Origin: a virus
Length of the DNA: 57,615 bases
Reading direction: 5' to 3' (one strand)
IMG/VR virus record: IMGVR_UViG_3300045988_146331
Location: 1-57,615 of that record
The position numbers and the translations under genes are program-made. This document shows positions 16,370-25,756 of the stretch, piece after piece. The notes under the pieces were generated by a model. That model saw only the letters and a list, made by a program, of their open reading frames with translations, ran no database searches and had not been told where the DNA came from. How positions within the stretch are numbered: the first letter of the stretch is position 1; every line of letters starts with the position of its first letter.

Positions 16370-16582
16370 TTAGCTAAGAATAACTGACATAAAGACTATA
16401 ATTATACCTATATACAATATGATCCAACTAAGCCCAGCAAGTATACTCAATGGCTCGCCATAATCAATGCCATCTTCAATCATATTCATACCAATCATAA
16501 TGACATACGGTCCAAGAAACAAGAAAGATATACCCCCAAGAAAAAATAATATAATAATGATCATATCGCCAAATGTTTCCAT
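16370..16582 (-). CDS. Small polytopic membrane protein
   Basis: ORF track; two or three hydrophobic helices. Confidence 0.55.
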   Translation of the reverse strand: METFGDMIIIILFFLGGISFLFLGPYVIMIGMNMIEDGIDYGEPLSILAGLSWIILYIGIIIVFMSVILS

Positions 16583-16585
16583 TTT

Positions 16586-17443
16586 TTATTTCCTTTCTAT
16601 GTCTATACCTAATATTTCATAGCTTTCCTTAAAGTATTCACAAACAAATTTTCTTTGATTATCATTTATAAGATTTAATTCTTTTTCAGTCTCATGTTTA
16701 AAACTTCCATATGGGCAACCCATACAACCAGTTCTAGTTACATGCTTATAAACTTCAGGAATCTCAATATCATATTTTAAGTATATTTTATCCAAAAGTT
16801 CATCTGTCAAATCATGTATTGGTACAAATTTTCCGTTACTAGTAAAACATGACTTATATTGTTGTTTTCTCAACGAACTTTCAGTTGAACGTATTCCTAA
16901 AATAGGTTTTAATCCGGACTTTTTTTCAAAATCATGAAATGGTTTTTTCTTTAAGTAGTAGCAACATAGATGCGTAATTTTATGAGCTTTTTCACTCTTT
17001 ACATATTCTCTAGCTTTCTTACTAATACCGCTGAAACCTTTATCATAAGTACCATCTATTTTTTGTTGTATTGTTTTACTTGGTTTTTTACCTTTTCTCA
17101 GTGCATTTTGATAATAATAAATATAAAAATCTTGTTCTTTACTAAAACATGGTATTCCATATTTCTCTTTAATCTCAAATGGTTTTAATATAGGATACAA
17201 CACAATATCACTATTCTCTAATATCCTTTTTAAAATTTCATGATGTTCCATATAAGTATTGCATCCTACAATTTTTATATCATCTCGTTTCAAATAAACT
17301 TTAATAAACCAATACAAGAAGTGGCTGTCTTTTCCACCAGAATATGATAAATAATATGTATTAGGTTTTATTTTATTAAATTTACTTTTCAAATCCATTA
17401 GATAAAAATCGACTTCATCGAGTTTTTTCACGTCAATCACCAT
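16586..17443 (-). CDS. PAPS-reductase / PP-loop ATPase family protein
   Basis: PP-loop motif YLSYSGGKDS; C-terminal Cys cluster TGCMGCPYG. Confidence 0.8.
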   Translation of the reverse strand: MVIDVKKLDEVDFYLMDLKSKFNKIKPNTYYLSYSGGKDSHFLYWFIKVYLKRDDIKIVGCNTYMEHHEILKRILENSDIVLYPILKPFEIKEKYGIPCFSKEQDFYIYYYQNALRKGKKPSKTIQQKIDGTYDKGFSGISKKAREYVKSEKAHKITHLCCYYLKKKPFHDFEKKSGLKPILGIRSTESSLRKQQYKSCFTSNGKFVPIHDLTDELLDKIYLKYDIEIPEVYKHVTRTGCMGCPYGSFKHETEKELNLINDNQRKFVCEYFKESYEILGIDIERK

Positions 17444-17445
17444 AC

Positions 17446-17688
17446 TTAATCTTCATCAATCATAATAGCAACCGCTACAGTAAATATGAATGGTATTGCA
17501 CTTAGTTCACAAAACGCAACTTTTATAATACCAAGTATAATGTCTATTGGTACGCTATTTTGAATACCATTAATAACCTGTATTGCCCCACCAAATAATA
17601 AATAACCCCCTAAATATAGTGATATAGCCAAACCAATAGCTAAAATAATAATTTCTATAACTTTTTTCATATAAATCGTTCCTTCCAA
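17446..17688 (-). CDS. Small membrane protein
   Basis: ORF track; hydrophobic throughout. Confidence 0.5.
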   Translation of the reverse strand: MEGTIYMKKVIEIIILAIGLAISLYLGGYLLFGGAIQVINGIQNSVPIDIILGIIKVAFCELSAIPFIFTVAVAIMIDED

Positions 17689-17697
17689 ATATTTAAT

Positions 17698-17778
17698 TCA
17701 TTCTCTTGTACTTAATCCTAGAAATATAATAAGTAAAGCGATAATAATCATACCTATTTTTAATGCTTCTTCAACCAT
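17698..17778 (-). CDS. 26-aa single-TM peptide (MVEEALKIGMIIIALLIIFLGLSTRE)
   Basis: Manual translation of the gap between two membrane-protein genes. Confidence 0.3.
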   Translation of the reverse strand: MVEEALKIGMIIIALLIIFLGLSTRE

Positions 17779-17779
17779 G

Positions 17780-17983
17780 TTATTTTTCCTTTCTTATTCT
17801 TAATTTTCTTATTGATTTTATATTACCATGAACCTTCCCTTTAATGTGATTGTTATCAGCTTCCGTTACTATCCAAGATAGAATAAATAATAACATGATA
17901 ATTCCAATCATTATTTTTACGTATATTTCAATATCAAACCATATGCGTTGACACGCACTTAACCATTCACATATCATAATCAT
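17780..17983 (-). CDS. Small membrane protein
   Basis: ORF track; TM helix IMIGIIMLLFILSWIV. Confidence 0.5.
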   Translation of the reverse strand: MIMICEWLSACQRIWFDIEIYVKIMIGIIMLLFILSWIVTEADNNHIKGKVHGNIKSIRKLRIRKEK

Positions 17984-17990
17984 TTTCCTT

Positions 17991-19052
17991 TTATTCTTTG
18001 TTTTCGTTATTTACCAAATGGGTAATTTCTTCTTCAGGATCTTCTAATGGTTCACCTAAGATATTTAATAGTACTTCCGCTCTTATACCAAATTCACTAT
18101 CTCGTCCTGTTTTCATATAGCTTTCACCTTTATAATCATACCCATTATAAATCATAGATTGTATAGCGGTTATTACTCTCTTAACCTTATATGTATCGTC
18201 ATCTTTTACTTCCACTGTAGATTTTACAATACCTAGTTGTAATTGAACTATAAATGAATACCTAATTAAGGATGCCACCCATGAATTTAACCAATCCAAT
18301 GTTTCTTTATCTGTTGTTTCAGGTTGATGTTCTTTTATATACTTATCCACAATATTACTAATTAGCGTAACACCTGCATTAGCCATTGTTCTTGCAGATA
18401 CTAAAGATAACACACCTTTTTTTATATCTATCAAATATTCACGTGTATATTCATCAAACACATAACATTCTTCTAAAGGCTTTCCCTCAATTAAATATTT
18501 GCCTGCAAACTCTGCTAATCGTAAGATATGATGTAATTGTTTTGGATCATATCCATATTTTTCAATTTTATCAACTATTGTTGGATAAGGATGTTCTAAG
18601 GCTTTTTCTTTTTCTAGTGCCATACCTTTTATACATCTTGCAAATTGATTTTTATTAATATTCGCAATCTTATCACGATTATTTATCAAAGCTTCTATAT
18701 AATCTTCATATTCTGGGTTAACAATTTTATATTTTGTATATAAAAGCTCAACATAAGATATATTTGATTTCAATAACGTTTCTTTCATAACTCTTATATC
18801 TTTTACGTCAATATGTTCATTATTATCCATTACAATTGTTGTTGATACAGCTTGTTTATTCAACACAACATCATCAATAGATGGTAACACAATGGCTTTT
18901 GCATCAATATCGCTTTTATAATCGTCATCATATATATCTAATTGATAATTTTGGCTGCCTTGTAAAAACAAGGCACACACATCATATCCTTTATTTACAA
19001 GATAATCATATTTCTCTTGTAAATTATCCATTATAAATTTATCTCTATCCAT
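17991..19052 (-). CDS. Pol-beta-superfamily nucleotidyltransferase-like protein, partner of the RNA-repair enzyme (likely start MDRDKF at 19052)
   Basis: ORF track 17991..19079. AAGGAGA RBS before ATG 19052. LFLQGSQNY...SDIDAKAIV resembles the G-S...D-x-D nucleotidyltransferase signature. Confidence 0.55.
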   Translation of the reverse strand: MDRDKFIMDNLQEKYDYLVNKGYDVCALFLQGSQNYQLDIYDDDYKSDIDAKAIVLPSIDDVVLNKQAVSTTIVMDNNEHIDVKDIRVMKETLLKSNISYVELLYTKYKIVNPEYEDYIEALINNRDKIANINKNQFARCIKGMALEKEKALEHPYPTIVDKIEKYGYDPKQLHHILRLAEFAGKYLIEGKPLEECYVFDEYTREYLIDIKKGVLSLVSARTMANAGVTLISNIVDKYIKEHQPETTDKETLDWLNSWVASLIRYSFIVQLQLGIVKSTVEVKDDDTYKVKRVITAIQSMIYNGYDYKGESYMKTGRDSEFGIRAEVLLNILGEPLEDPEEEITHLVNNENKE

Positions 19053-21225
19053 TTTCATTCTCCTTATAAAATTGTTCACGCAAAGTAATTATATCTTTGC
19101 TTAATGTTTCTTCACTTTGTTTTTTAGCCCACGCATAGAAATAATTTGCCGTAGCATTGTATAATCTTGCTAAATCAGGACGACTACCATGACGAACTTG
19201 TTCCTTTACTCTTCGCATTAATTTCCAGAAATTATAGTAAGGAAATTTTAATTTTGTCATTATTCCATTACATTCAATAACAACACCTTCAATATCCTCT
19301 TTTGATAAATCATTTTCATTCGTATTTTCTAGATACCATCTATGGAAATCTCTTACATTATTAAATGATTTATAAATATGTTTACATTCACAACCAATGC
19401 TTTTCGCAAGTTTTACAACTTCTTCATATGGTTCTCTTTCAAAATCATATTTGTTATGAATAATATCTAATAATACAATTTTTGGTTCCGTATATTTAAT
19501 AATATGTGGATCTCTTTCTGGGTCAATTACTTCAAACGTTAATGATACATTATTTGCTTGTAAATAATTAACTAATTTTTCTTTATCTATTTTACTATTC
19601 GTAAATATTTCCTTAAATATGTCTGCAAATGGTCCTGTATTCGTTGATTTACTTGCTAAGAACAATTCACTATTTACCATCGACATAATACCTAAGAACC
19701 CATTTTCTTTTTTATAACAAACTATATTCCCTTGGTCTTTAAATTTGACTAATAAATGCTCTAGTTCAACTTCACGACGTTCATTAACATTAAAGAATTT
19801 TTCATAACCTCTTGCAACTACTTCGTCTTTAATTGTATCTACAAATAACCCTCTTGCTTTACATGTATATTCATTCCAATGCTTATTATAGAACGCATGG
19901 TTTGTGAAATTGAATGAACTAATATTATTACCCAATTCCGTTTCTTTAATGTCTCTGCTACCCCTTAATGCCTCTAAAACAGGGATATTTAATTTGGTAC
20001 GGCATTCTTGATATTGATTTACTTCTTCAGGTGTATCGAAATAATCATTTTGTATTGTTACTACATGTAATGACTCATTTTTTGATAATTGAAGAACTTT
20101 TAATTTTCCACCAAATTCAACTTTACCTTCTAAATTAACTGATTTACTGTTTTTAGAAATACCAACATCAAATGTATTGCGATGTCCGTGAACTTGAATA
20201 ACATCCGTATCTTTCATATTTTCGTCAAATATTTCGTCAATATCAACATTATAATCACCAACGCCATTTATAAGTTGATCTGTTGCAACTAACTGTAATT
20301 CGGTTGGTAAATAACTTATACCACCATGTGAACAAATGTATCTGTGCCCATCATATGTAAAGTATGCGACTTGTCCTATTTTTCGATAGAATGAGCGAAT
20401 ATCACTTTTTTCAATATCCATTATTTCCATCATAGTTTTATGAAGGAAAGTTTTTGAATGAATATTTTCTAATTCGTCAATTGCATAATAATGTAACCAT
20501 TTCTCATGATTTCCCTCTAACATTAAAACATTACTTTTTTTAGCCATATCCATCAAGAATAACAATGTTTCTTTATTCTGCAAACCTCTATCTAAATAAT
20601 CACCACAGAAGATATAAAATTCATTTTCGCTATATGGGTATTCTTCAAAATATTTTTTCAAAGGATTATAACAACCATGAACATCTCCAAAAATATTGAT
20701 TCTATCGTATTTATTCATGTCGAACAATTTCATACCAATTTGTTCCCAAAACTTATCTCGATCAATTTTAACCCAACCACTCGTTTTATCTTGAGTTCTT
20801 AAACGAGAATACATTTTATCAATGACTTCTTCTGGTACTCTTTTATAATCTTCTCTTTGAGCATTTCTTTCTTTACAAACTTCAATTGGAATATCACTAA
20901 AATCAACATAATACCTACGATATCTATATCTTTCGCATAATTTATTATATCTACTAAAATCACTAGAACGACTATGAGTAGCGTCAATAACAACGAACTC
21001 TCCTCTTGCCATTCTTTTATCTAATAATTCAAATAACAATTGCCATACATAACTATCATTTTTTTGACTAATTGTTCTATACGTTTTATCCGGAACAATC
21101 ATAGGACTTTGTACTAAAAGTCTAATTGTATCTGCACATAACGTATATTGTTCTAACCCCATTTTTTTAATCCAAGTAGATTTTCCACTACCTGGACTTC
21201 CTCTTAAAATTACTAATGTTCTCAT
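19045..21225 (-). CDS. Trifunctional Pnkp-like RNA repair enzyme: polynucleotide kinase + metallophosphatase + ATP-dependent RNA ligase
   Basis: P-loop GSPGSGKST. Calcineurin-like motifs GDVHGC, GDYLDRG, GNHE. Ligase motif I KKENGFLG in the C-terminal third. Confidence 0.8.
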   Translation of the reverse strand: MRTLVILRGSPGSGKSTWIKKMGLEQYTLCADTIRLLVQSPMIVPDKTYRTISQKNDSYVWQLLFELLDKRMARGEFVVIDATHSRSSDFSRYNKLCERYRYRRYYVDFSDIPIEVCKERNAQREDYKRVPEEVIDKMYSRLRTQDKTSGWVKIDRDKFWEQIGMKLFDMNKYDRINIFGDVHGCYNPLKKYFEEYPYSENEFYIFCGDYLDRGLQNKETLLFLMDMAKKSNVLMLEGNHEKWLHYYAIDELENIHSKTFLHKTMMEIMDIEKSDIRSFYRKIGQVAYFTYDGHRYICSHGGISYLPTELQLVATDQLINGVGDYNVDIDEIFDENMKDTDVIQVHGHRNTFDVGISKNSKSVNLEGKVEFGGKLKVLQLSKNESLHVVTIQNDYFDTPEEVNQYQECRTKLNIPVLEALRGSRDIKETELGNNISSFNFTNHAFYNKHWNEYTCKARGLFVDTIKDEVVARGYEKFFNVNERREVELEHLLVKFKDQGNIVCYKKENGFLGIMSMVNSELFLASKSTNTGPFADIFKEIFTNSKIDKEKLVNYLQANNVSLTFEVIDPERDPHIIKYTEPKIVLLDIIHNKYDFEREPYEEVVKLAKSIGCECKHIYKSFNNVRDFHRWYLENTNENDLSKEDIEGVVIECNGIMTKLKFPYYNFWKLMRRVKEQVRHGSRPDLARLYNATANYFYAWAKKQSEETLSKDIITLREQFYKENENG

Positions 21226-21246
21226 AATTACCTACTTTCTAAAATA

Positions 21247-21825
21247 TCATTCATTTTCAAATAAACCTAATTCTTTTAATGTATAATTCTTCCCTTGCTC
21301 CATTCCTTTATACATTTTATTTGTTTCAAAGTTTGGCAAGTAAAAGGTATCGACTAGTGTTTTCATTTCGACTAATAAAAAACTTTTACAATAATCGAAT
21401 TCAAATTTTCCAATATATTCTATTCTACTTTTAAACGGTCTTAAAAGGTTTTCTAAATACTCTTTTTCAGCTTTATCTAAGATTTCTTTTTTATCTTCTT
21501 GTTTGATAACAAAACCATTTTCAATTTCTAATTTTCCACTGAAATTACTAGGTAATGACTTAAAATGTTCTTTATCTTCGATTTTTTCTAACATTGCACT
21601 AGACCAATACCATGCCAAACCATCAATATTGAGTTTATACCTATCCATAAAACTATAATTACTACAATGACTAGAATAACAAGAATAACCAGAACAATTT
21701 TCTATAATCGCAATTTTCCCTCTATATTTGTTCATTTCTTGGTTAAAATAACAACCATCATAATAATTACCAACTTTCAAATCTTTTTTTATTCTAACTT
21801 TATCTCCTACTTTAAATTTATCCAT
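21247..21825 (-). CDS. Hypothetical protein
   Basis: ORF track; 192 aa. Confidence 0.6.
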   Translation of the reverse strand: MDKFKVGDKVRIKKDLKVGNYYDGCYFNQEMNKYRGKIAIIENCSGYSCYSSHCSNYSFMDRYKLNIDGLAWYWSSAMLEKIEDKEHFKSLPSNFSGKLEIENGFVIKQEDKKEILDKAEKEYLENLLRPFKSRIEYIGKFEFDYCKSFLLVEMKTLVDTFYLPNFETNKMYKGMEQGKNYTLKELGLFENE

Positions 21826-21842
21826 TATTTATCACTCACTTT

Positions 21843-22259
21843 CTAATTCTCTGTTTCAGTCTTTATTGAAATAGGTATAATAGCTTCTGGCCTAAATACT
21901 ATTTCATAATCATATCTTGAAACATCACTATATTCTAATTGTTCTACTACATAGGTAGTTTCATTTGCAATGTAAAGCATATGCTTTTGATATTTGTCTT
22001 CACCAATTCTACATATGACTTCTAACTCACTATTACTACTGCTGGAGCCACCTTTAACTGAACAATTACCAGTTAATTGAAATAGGTATTCACCACTTCT
22101 TAAATTGATAAAGGTTATTCTTCTTTTAACTTTGAACTCGTCAGCTTCTTTACTAATGTTTTCTTTAACAGTATCAGCACTATTTCCAAATAATGCTGTA
22201 CACCCAGTTGTCATTAATAAAATCGGTATCAATAATATCAATAATAATTTCTTTTTCAT
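21843..22259 (-). CDS. Lipoprotein
   Basis: Signal peptide MKKKLLLILLIPILLMTTGC with lipobox-like MTTGC. Confidence 0.7.
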   Translation of the reverse strand: MKKKLLLILLIPILLMTTGCTALFGNSADTVKENISKEADEFKVKRRITFINLRSGEYLFQLTGNCSVKGGSSSSNSELEVICRIGEDKYQKHMLYIANETTYVVEQLEYSDVSRYDYEIVFRPEAIIPISIKTETEN

Positions 22260-22277
22260 TTAACATTATCCTCTTTT

Positions 22278-22637
22278 CTATTTATCATATATTATTTCAA
22301 AATTTGATTTTGTATCACCTTTTACATTATATGCAACTACTTCTTCGCCACAATCAGTCATTTCTTGGTCTAAATATCTTAACTCAATAACTTCTTCAAT
22401 TGCTAAATAACCAATTAAGCGTCCTTCATTCCAAAAGCTGTCTTCTCTAAATTCGTAAATGTTAGTTCCTAGTGTATAGTCATGATGCTCTCTAATGTTT
22501 AGAGTTGCTACTAATTTTTTGTTGATTTTGGCAAATACATCATTATCACAATAATGTTTCTCACGAACTGTGTCAAAATCGCCCAATTTTTCTTCACAAT
22601 AGCTATTTATCGCATTCTTTATATCATTTATATCCAT
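22278..22637 (-). CDS. Hypothetical protein
   Basis: ORF track. Confidence 0.6.
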   Translation of the reverse strand: MDINDIKNAINSYCEEKLGDFDTVREKHYCDNDVFAKINKKLVATLNIREHHDYTLGTNIYEFREDSFWNEGRLIGYLAIEEVIELRYLDQEMTDCGEEVVAYNVKGDTKSNFEIIYDK

Positions 22638-22800
22638 GATTAATCATTCTCCTCTCTATCTCCACATTAATATTATCATATCTTAATATATTAGTCAACA
22701 TTTTTTTATAATATTTTAATAATGGTTTTATTGCATAATCTGGAGTATACAAATCATCAAATTTCTCATTTTTAATATAATTAATCATTGCTTTTTTCAT
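22624..22800 (-). CDS. 58-aa ORF; its N-terminus (FDDLYTPDYAIKPLLKY) resembles the start of some SAM-dependent methyltransferases, so it may be a gene remnant
   Basis: Manual translation; abuts the stop of 22801..23376; contains promoter 22670-22698. Confidence 0.3.
   Translation of the reverse strand: MKKAMINYIKNEKFDDLYTPDYAIKPLLKYYKKMLTNILRYDNINVEIERRMINHGYK
22670..22698 (-). promoter_or_regulatory. Early-type promoter TTGACT-17-TAATAT
   Basis: Minus strand reads TTGACTaatatattaagatatgaTAATAT. Confidence 0.7.
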
Positions 22801-23376
22801 TTAATTTTCCTCTATTCTCTTGAAATATTCATATTTATCATCAAATTCTTTATCACAGATAACCAATAACTTTGCAACTGTTTCACCCATGACACAAACA
22901 TTACCATTAACCATCTGGGATACATAACTTCTTGACATATTCAGTTCTTTCGCAATCTCCACCACTGATTTTCCATCTAATAAACCTTCTTTATCCACAA
23001 TCATATATTTATCATATTGATTATTATGCATGTCTACCCACTTATTAAAGTCCGCAAACTTTGCATTTTCCCCTGGTTTTTCCACAAAAATATCATACGC
23101 TTCATCCAAAGGAACATCTTGATTATCTACTTTTATCGTCAAACCATGTTCTTTTGCATATAAATATATCAATTTATTACTATCTTGATCCGTAACTGCT
23201 CTAAATCCTAATAAACAATCTAATAATCCACAATATCCAATACCTAAATATTCCGCAAGCTCTTTTATTGTTCTTCCATTTAATAATTCATCCATGTATT
23301 CAACTTTAAAATAATTTGCATGAATTTTTTTGTGTGATATATTAACGAATATATCCATATATTTTTCTTTCTTCAT
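22801..23376 (-). CDS. Tandem-HTH transcriptional regulator (first early gene)
   Basis: Two XRE-like HTH segments: RTIKELAEYLGIGYCGLLDCLLG and KSVVEIAKELNMSRSYVSQMVNG. Confidence 0.7.
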   Translation of the reverse strand: MKKEKYMDIFVNISHKKIHANYFKVEYMDELLNGRTIKELAEYLGIGYCGLLDCLLGFRAVTDQDSNKLIYLYAKEHGLTIKVDNQDVPLDEAYDIFVEKPGENAKFADFNKWVDMHNNQYDKYMIVDKEGLLDGKSVVEIAKELNMSRSYVSQMVNGNVCVMGETVAKLLVICDKEFDDKYEYFKRIEEN

Positions 23377-23410
23377 AAATTAATCACCTCTCTTAAAATG
23401 TCATTTTTTA

Positions 23411-23785
23411 GTGTTAACTACTTAACACCTAACACTTCACTTAACATTTTAGCACTATTTTTTTACCTCGTCAAGCATAAATTTTTGAACATAAAATATT
23501 AATAAAATCTATATTTTTTTATAAATATAATTGATATTAATTTTTAAAAATCGCTCATCTAACACTTTATCTAACACTTTGAGTTTCCCGAGTTGCCTTT
23601 GGTTCCAGTTTGAGTTCCCATTTTTGAGGCATATATAAGCCAAAAGAAACTCAGGAAACTAAAAAATATATAAACTTTTCTATTTTATTAGTTAACAGTT
23701 AACTTAACACTTAACACTATTTTCTAATAGTCAACTGTTATTTATAATGTGGAGTGTGTGTTAACTGTGTTGTGTGTTAACTGGG
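23411..23785. repeat. Array of about 12 (T)TAACAC / GTGTTAA boxes in four clusters
   Basis: GTGTTAACTACTTAACACCTAACACTTCACTTAACA; TCTAACACTTTATCTAACACTTT; GTTAACAGTTAACTTAACACTTAACACT; GTGTGTGTTAACTGTGTTGTGTGTTAACTGG. Confidence 0.8.
23446..23474 (-). promoter_or_regulatory. Leftward early promoter TTGACG-17-TAAAAT
   Basis: Minus strand reads TTGACGaggtaaaaaaatagtgcTAAAAT, embedded in TTAACAC boxes. Confidence 0.6.
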
Positions 23786-23922
23786 TTTATAGAAAGTTAC
23801 GAATTTTTGGTTTCTTGAGTTTCCGTTTTTAATTTTTTCCCATACTTATGCCTTAAAATTGGGAACTCAAATTGAAAAAACGTACGCTAGTACGTGTATT
23901 TTTGAGTTTCTTGAGTTTCCGG
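23581..23922. repeat. At least 8 copies, in both orientations, of a GAGTT(T)CC-type motif (candidate terminase/packaging or origin-binding sites)
   Basis: GAGTTTCCCGAGTT, TTTGAGTTCCCA, GAAACTCAGGAAACT, GGTTTCTTGAGTTTCCG, GGGAACTCAAATTG, TTTGAGTTTCTTGAGTTTCCGG. Confidence 0.75.
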
Positions 23923-24181
23923 TTACTCTTTCTTTTAATTTTGCATTGGTTTTAAAATTGGGTAGGGGGTCATTTTTAAATCATTGGCCATTAGGCTGAT
24001 ATTTAATTACTTTGATTAATTATTCAATTAATTAAAGTTGTTTATTTATTAATATGGCTCTGTGAGATAAATAAATAGTCAAATTAGAAGAGTTTTATTG
24101 TTTTAGGTATAATTTATCGTTTTTTATTAATTGTTTGATAGTGAGCTTAAAAATAGTGTTTAAATTGATATGTTTTATTCG

Positions 24182-24210
24182 TTGACATTATTTTTGTTTT
24201 ATGCTATAAT
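24182..24210 (+). promoter_or_regulatory. Rightward promoter TTGACA-17-TATAAT in front of terS
   Basis: TTGACAttatttttgttttatgcTATAAT. Confidence 0.8.
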
Positions 24211-24234
24211 GAGGTAATAAAGGGTGATTGTTTA

Positions 24235-24933
24235 ATGGATAATAAATCAAATAGAAGTACAATTTGTTTTAATGTTCCTTCTGGTGGTGGTAGATTTACT
24301 AAAACTAAAGAAGAACGTAAAGAAGATAGTATTAATGCGTTATTAAAAAATGAACCTACTAGAAAAGAACTCGATAACGCTAATAAGTCTTCTATCAAAC
24401 AAGTAAATGCAACGGGTTTTTTTGCTGAACCTAATGCGAAAAATTGGTCTAATAAAATGGTTACCCATGCTCTTAATAATATGTCTAAAAAACAAAAGGG
24501 TAGGGGGGTATTTGATAGTGTTGAAGAACTTGCTACTGAATTTGAAGAATATGTTCATATTGCTCAAGATACAGGTTTAGCTCCAACTGTAGCTTCTTTA
24601 GCTTTTTATCTAGGAGTTTCTAGAGATACCATTTATTCTCATGCTAGAAATTCAATGTCTCCTTTTCATGATATTTGTATGTTAATGATTGATTATTGTC
24701 ATGCAATGTTAGAAACAGGAGCAACTATGAATAAACTTAATTCGGTATCTTATATCTTTCAAGCTAAGAATTATTTTGGTATGAAAGATCAAACTGATGT
24801 TGTTGTTGGTGCTCAAGAGAGAACTAATATTAATAATTCACAAAGTATTCAAGCACTAAAAGACCAGATATCTAAAGAAGATAAAATTATTGATGCTAAA
24901 GATTTTAAATTAGTTGATAAGGACGAGGGCTAG
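24235..24933 (+). CDS. terS: Terminase small subunit
   Basis: The segment ...TGLAPTVASLAFYLGVSRDTIYSHARNS... (HTH) is typical of Terminase_2-type small subunits; lies upstream of terL. Confidence 0.75.
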   Translation: MDNKSNRSTICFNVPSGGGRFTKTKEERKEDSINALLKNEPTRKELDNANKSSIKQVNATGFFAEPNAKNWSNKMVTHALNNMSKKQKGRGVFDSVEELATEFEEYVHIAQDTGLAPTVASLAFYLGVSRDTIYSHARNSMSPFHDICMLMIDYCHAMLETGATMNKLNSVSYIFQAKNYFGMKDQTDVVVGAQERTNINNSQSIQALKDQISKEDKIIDAKDFKLVDKDEG

Positions 24934-25098
24934 AGATATAAAGTTGTAAAATGGTGGTAGAATGAGAGAAAAAAGAATGTGTAAATTAAATGTAAAGTTG
25001 ATAGGGTAGAGTAGTTATATGCACTCCTCCCCTCGCCGACTAGCGAACAAAAATTTGCCATTTTGTAAACTTTACGTAAACACGTTATAACCTCAATA

Positions 25099-25121
25099 AC
25101 TAGCCTTCAGCTAGTCTTTTT
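25099..25121 (+). terminator. Intrinsic terminator after terS
   Basis: ACTAGCcttcaGCTAGTcttttt. Confidence 0.7.
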
Positions 25122-25258
25122 CGTTACCTTATAAACTCCCTTATCTTTCTATAAAACCCCTTAGAACGCCAAAAAACACCCTATTTTTAAGGTGTTACTG
25201 TGTGCGTTGTGCTTTGTGATGTTGTGTTAATGCATAAAAAGACATAAAAAAAAATACA

Positions 25259-25756
25259 CTACTTTAACAAGTAGCATATCCAAATTATTATTAAGTAAAA
25301 TAGCATTAAGCATATAATAATTTTTGGAATGAATAGCCAATCAATCGGCTTGTTATTCGCTTTGGTGATTTCTTTAATTTCTTCTATTTCTTCATTTTCT
25401 GATATCTTATCATCTCGTTTTCTAAATTTAACCCACTTTTCAAAATTTGAATAGAATGACATGTTAACATCATATTCTATGTTGAAATCTTGAAAATGTT
25501 GTACTGTAAATCCCCCGTCAAGTATTTCTAGCCCGTCATCGTATACTAGTTTTATGATTCGATCCATGTAATTTATTCTGTCATGATATAATTTGTCATA
25601 ATTACTATATTTATCCGCTAAACTATCTAATATCGAAAAAGTACAACTAGTTATTGATCTAGTGTATTTCTCTTTTAATTTGCTTTGTGTTATTTTTTGA
25701 TTTTGAGAAGACGCAAGCTGCCTGCTTACGTTCTCAACGCTATTAATTAAGCCCAT
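25259..25756 (-). CDS. C-terminally membrane-anchored hypothetical protein (island gene)
   Basis: ORF track; C-terminal TM helix IPKIIICLMLFYLIIIWICYLL. Confidence 0.6.
   Translation of the reverse strand: MGLINSVENVSRQLASSQNQKITQSKLKEKYTRSITSCTFSILDSLADKYSNYDKLYHDRINYMDRIIKLVYDDGLEILDGGFTVQHFQDFNIEYDVNMSFYSNFEKWVKFRKRDDKISENEEIEEIKEITKANNKPIDWLFIPKIIICLMLFYLIIIWICYLLK

Noticed and set aside
25071-25080. The 10-bp palindrome TTTACGTAAA occurs twice (25071-25080 and 48597-48606), both times just after a late-strand gene end
   Set aside because: Two occurrences of an AT-rich 10-mer are close to chance expectation on rough reasoning, and no third full copy or associated regulator is evident. 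It is worth a motif scan but not a claim.
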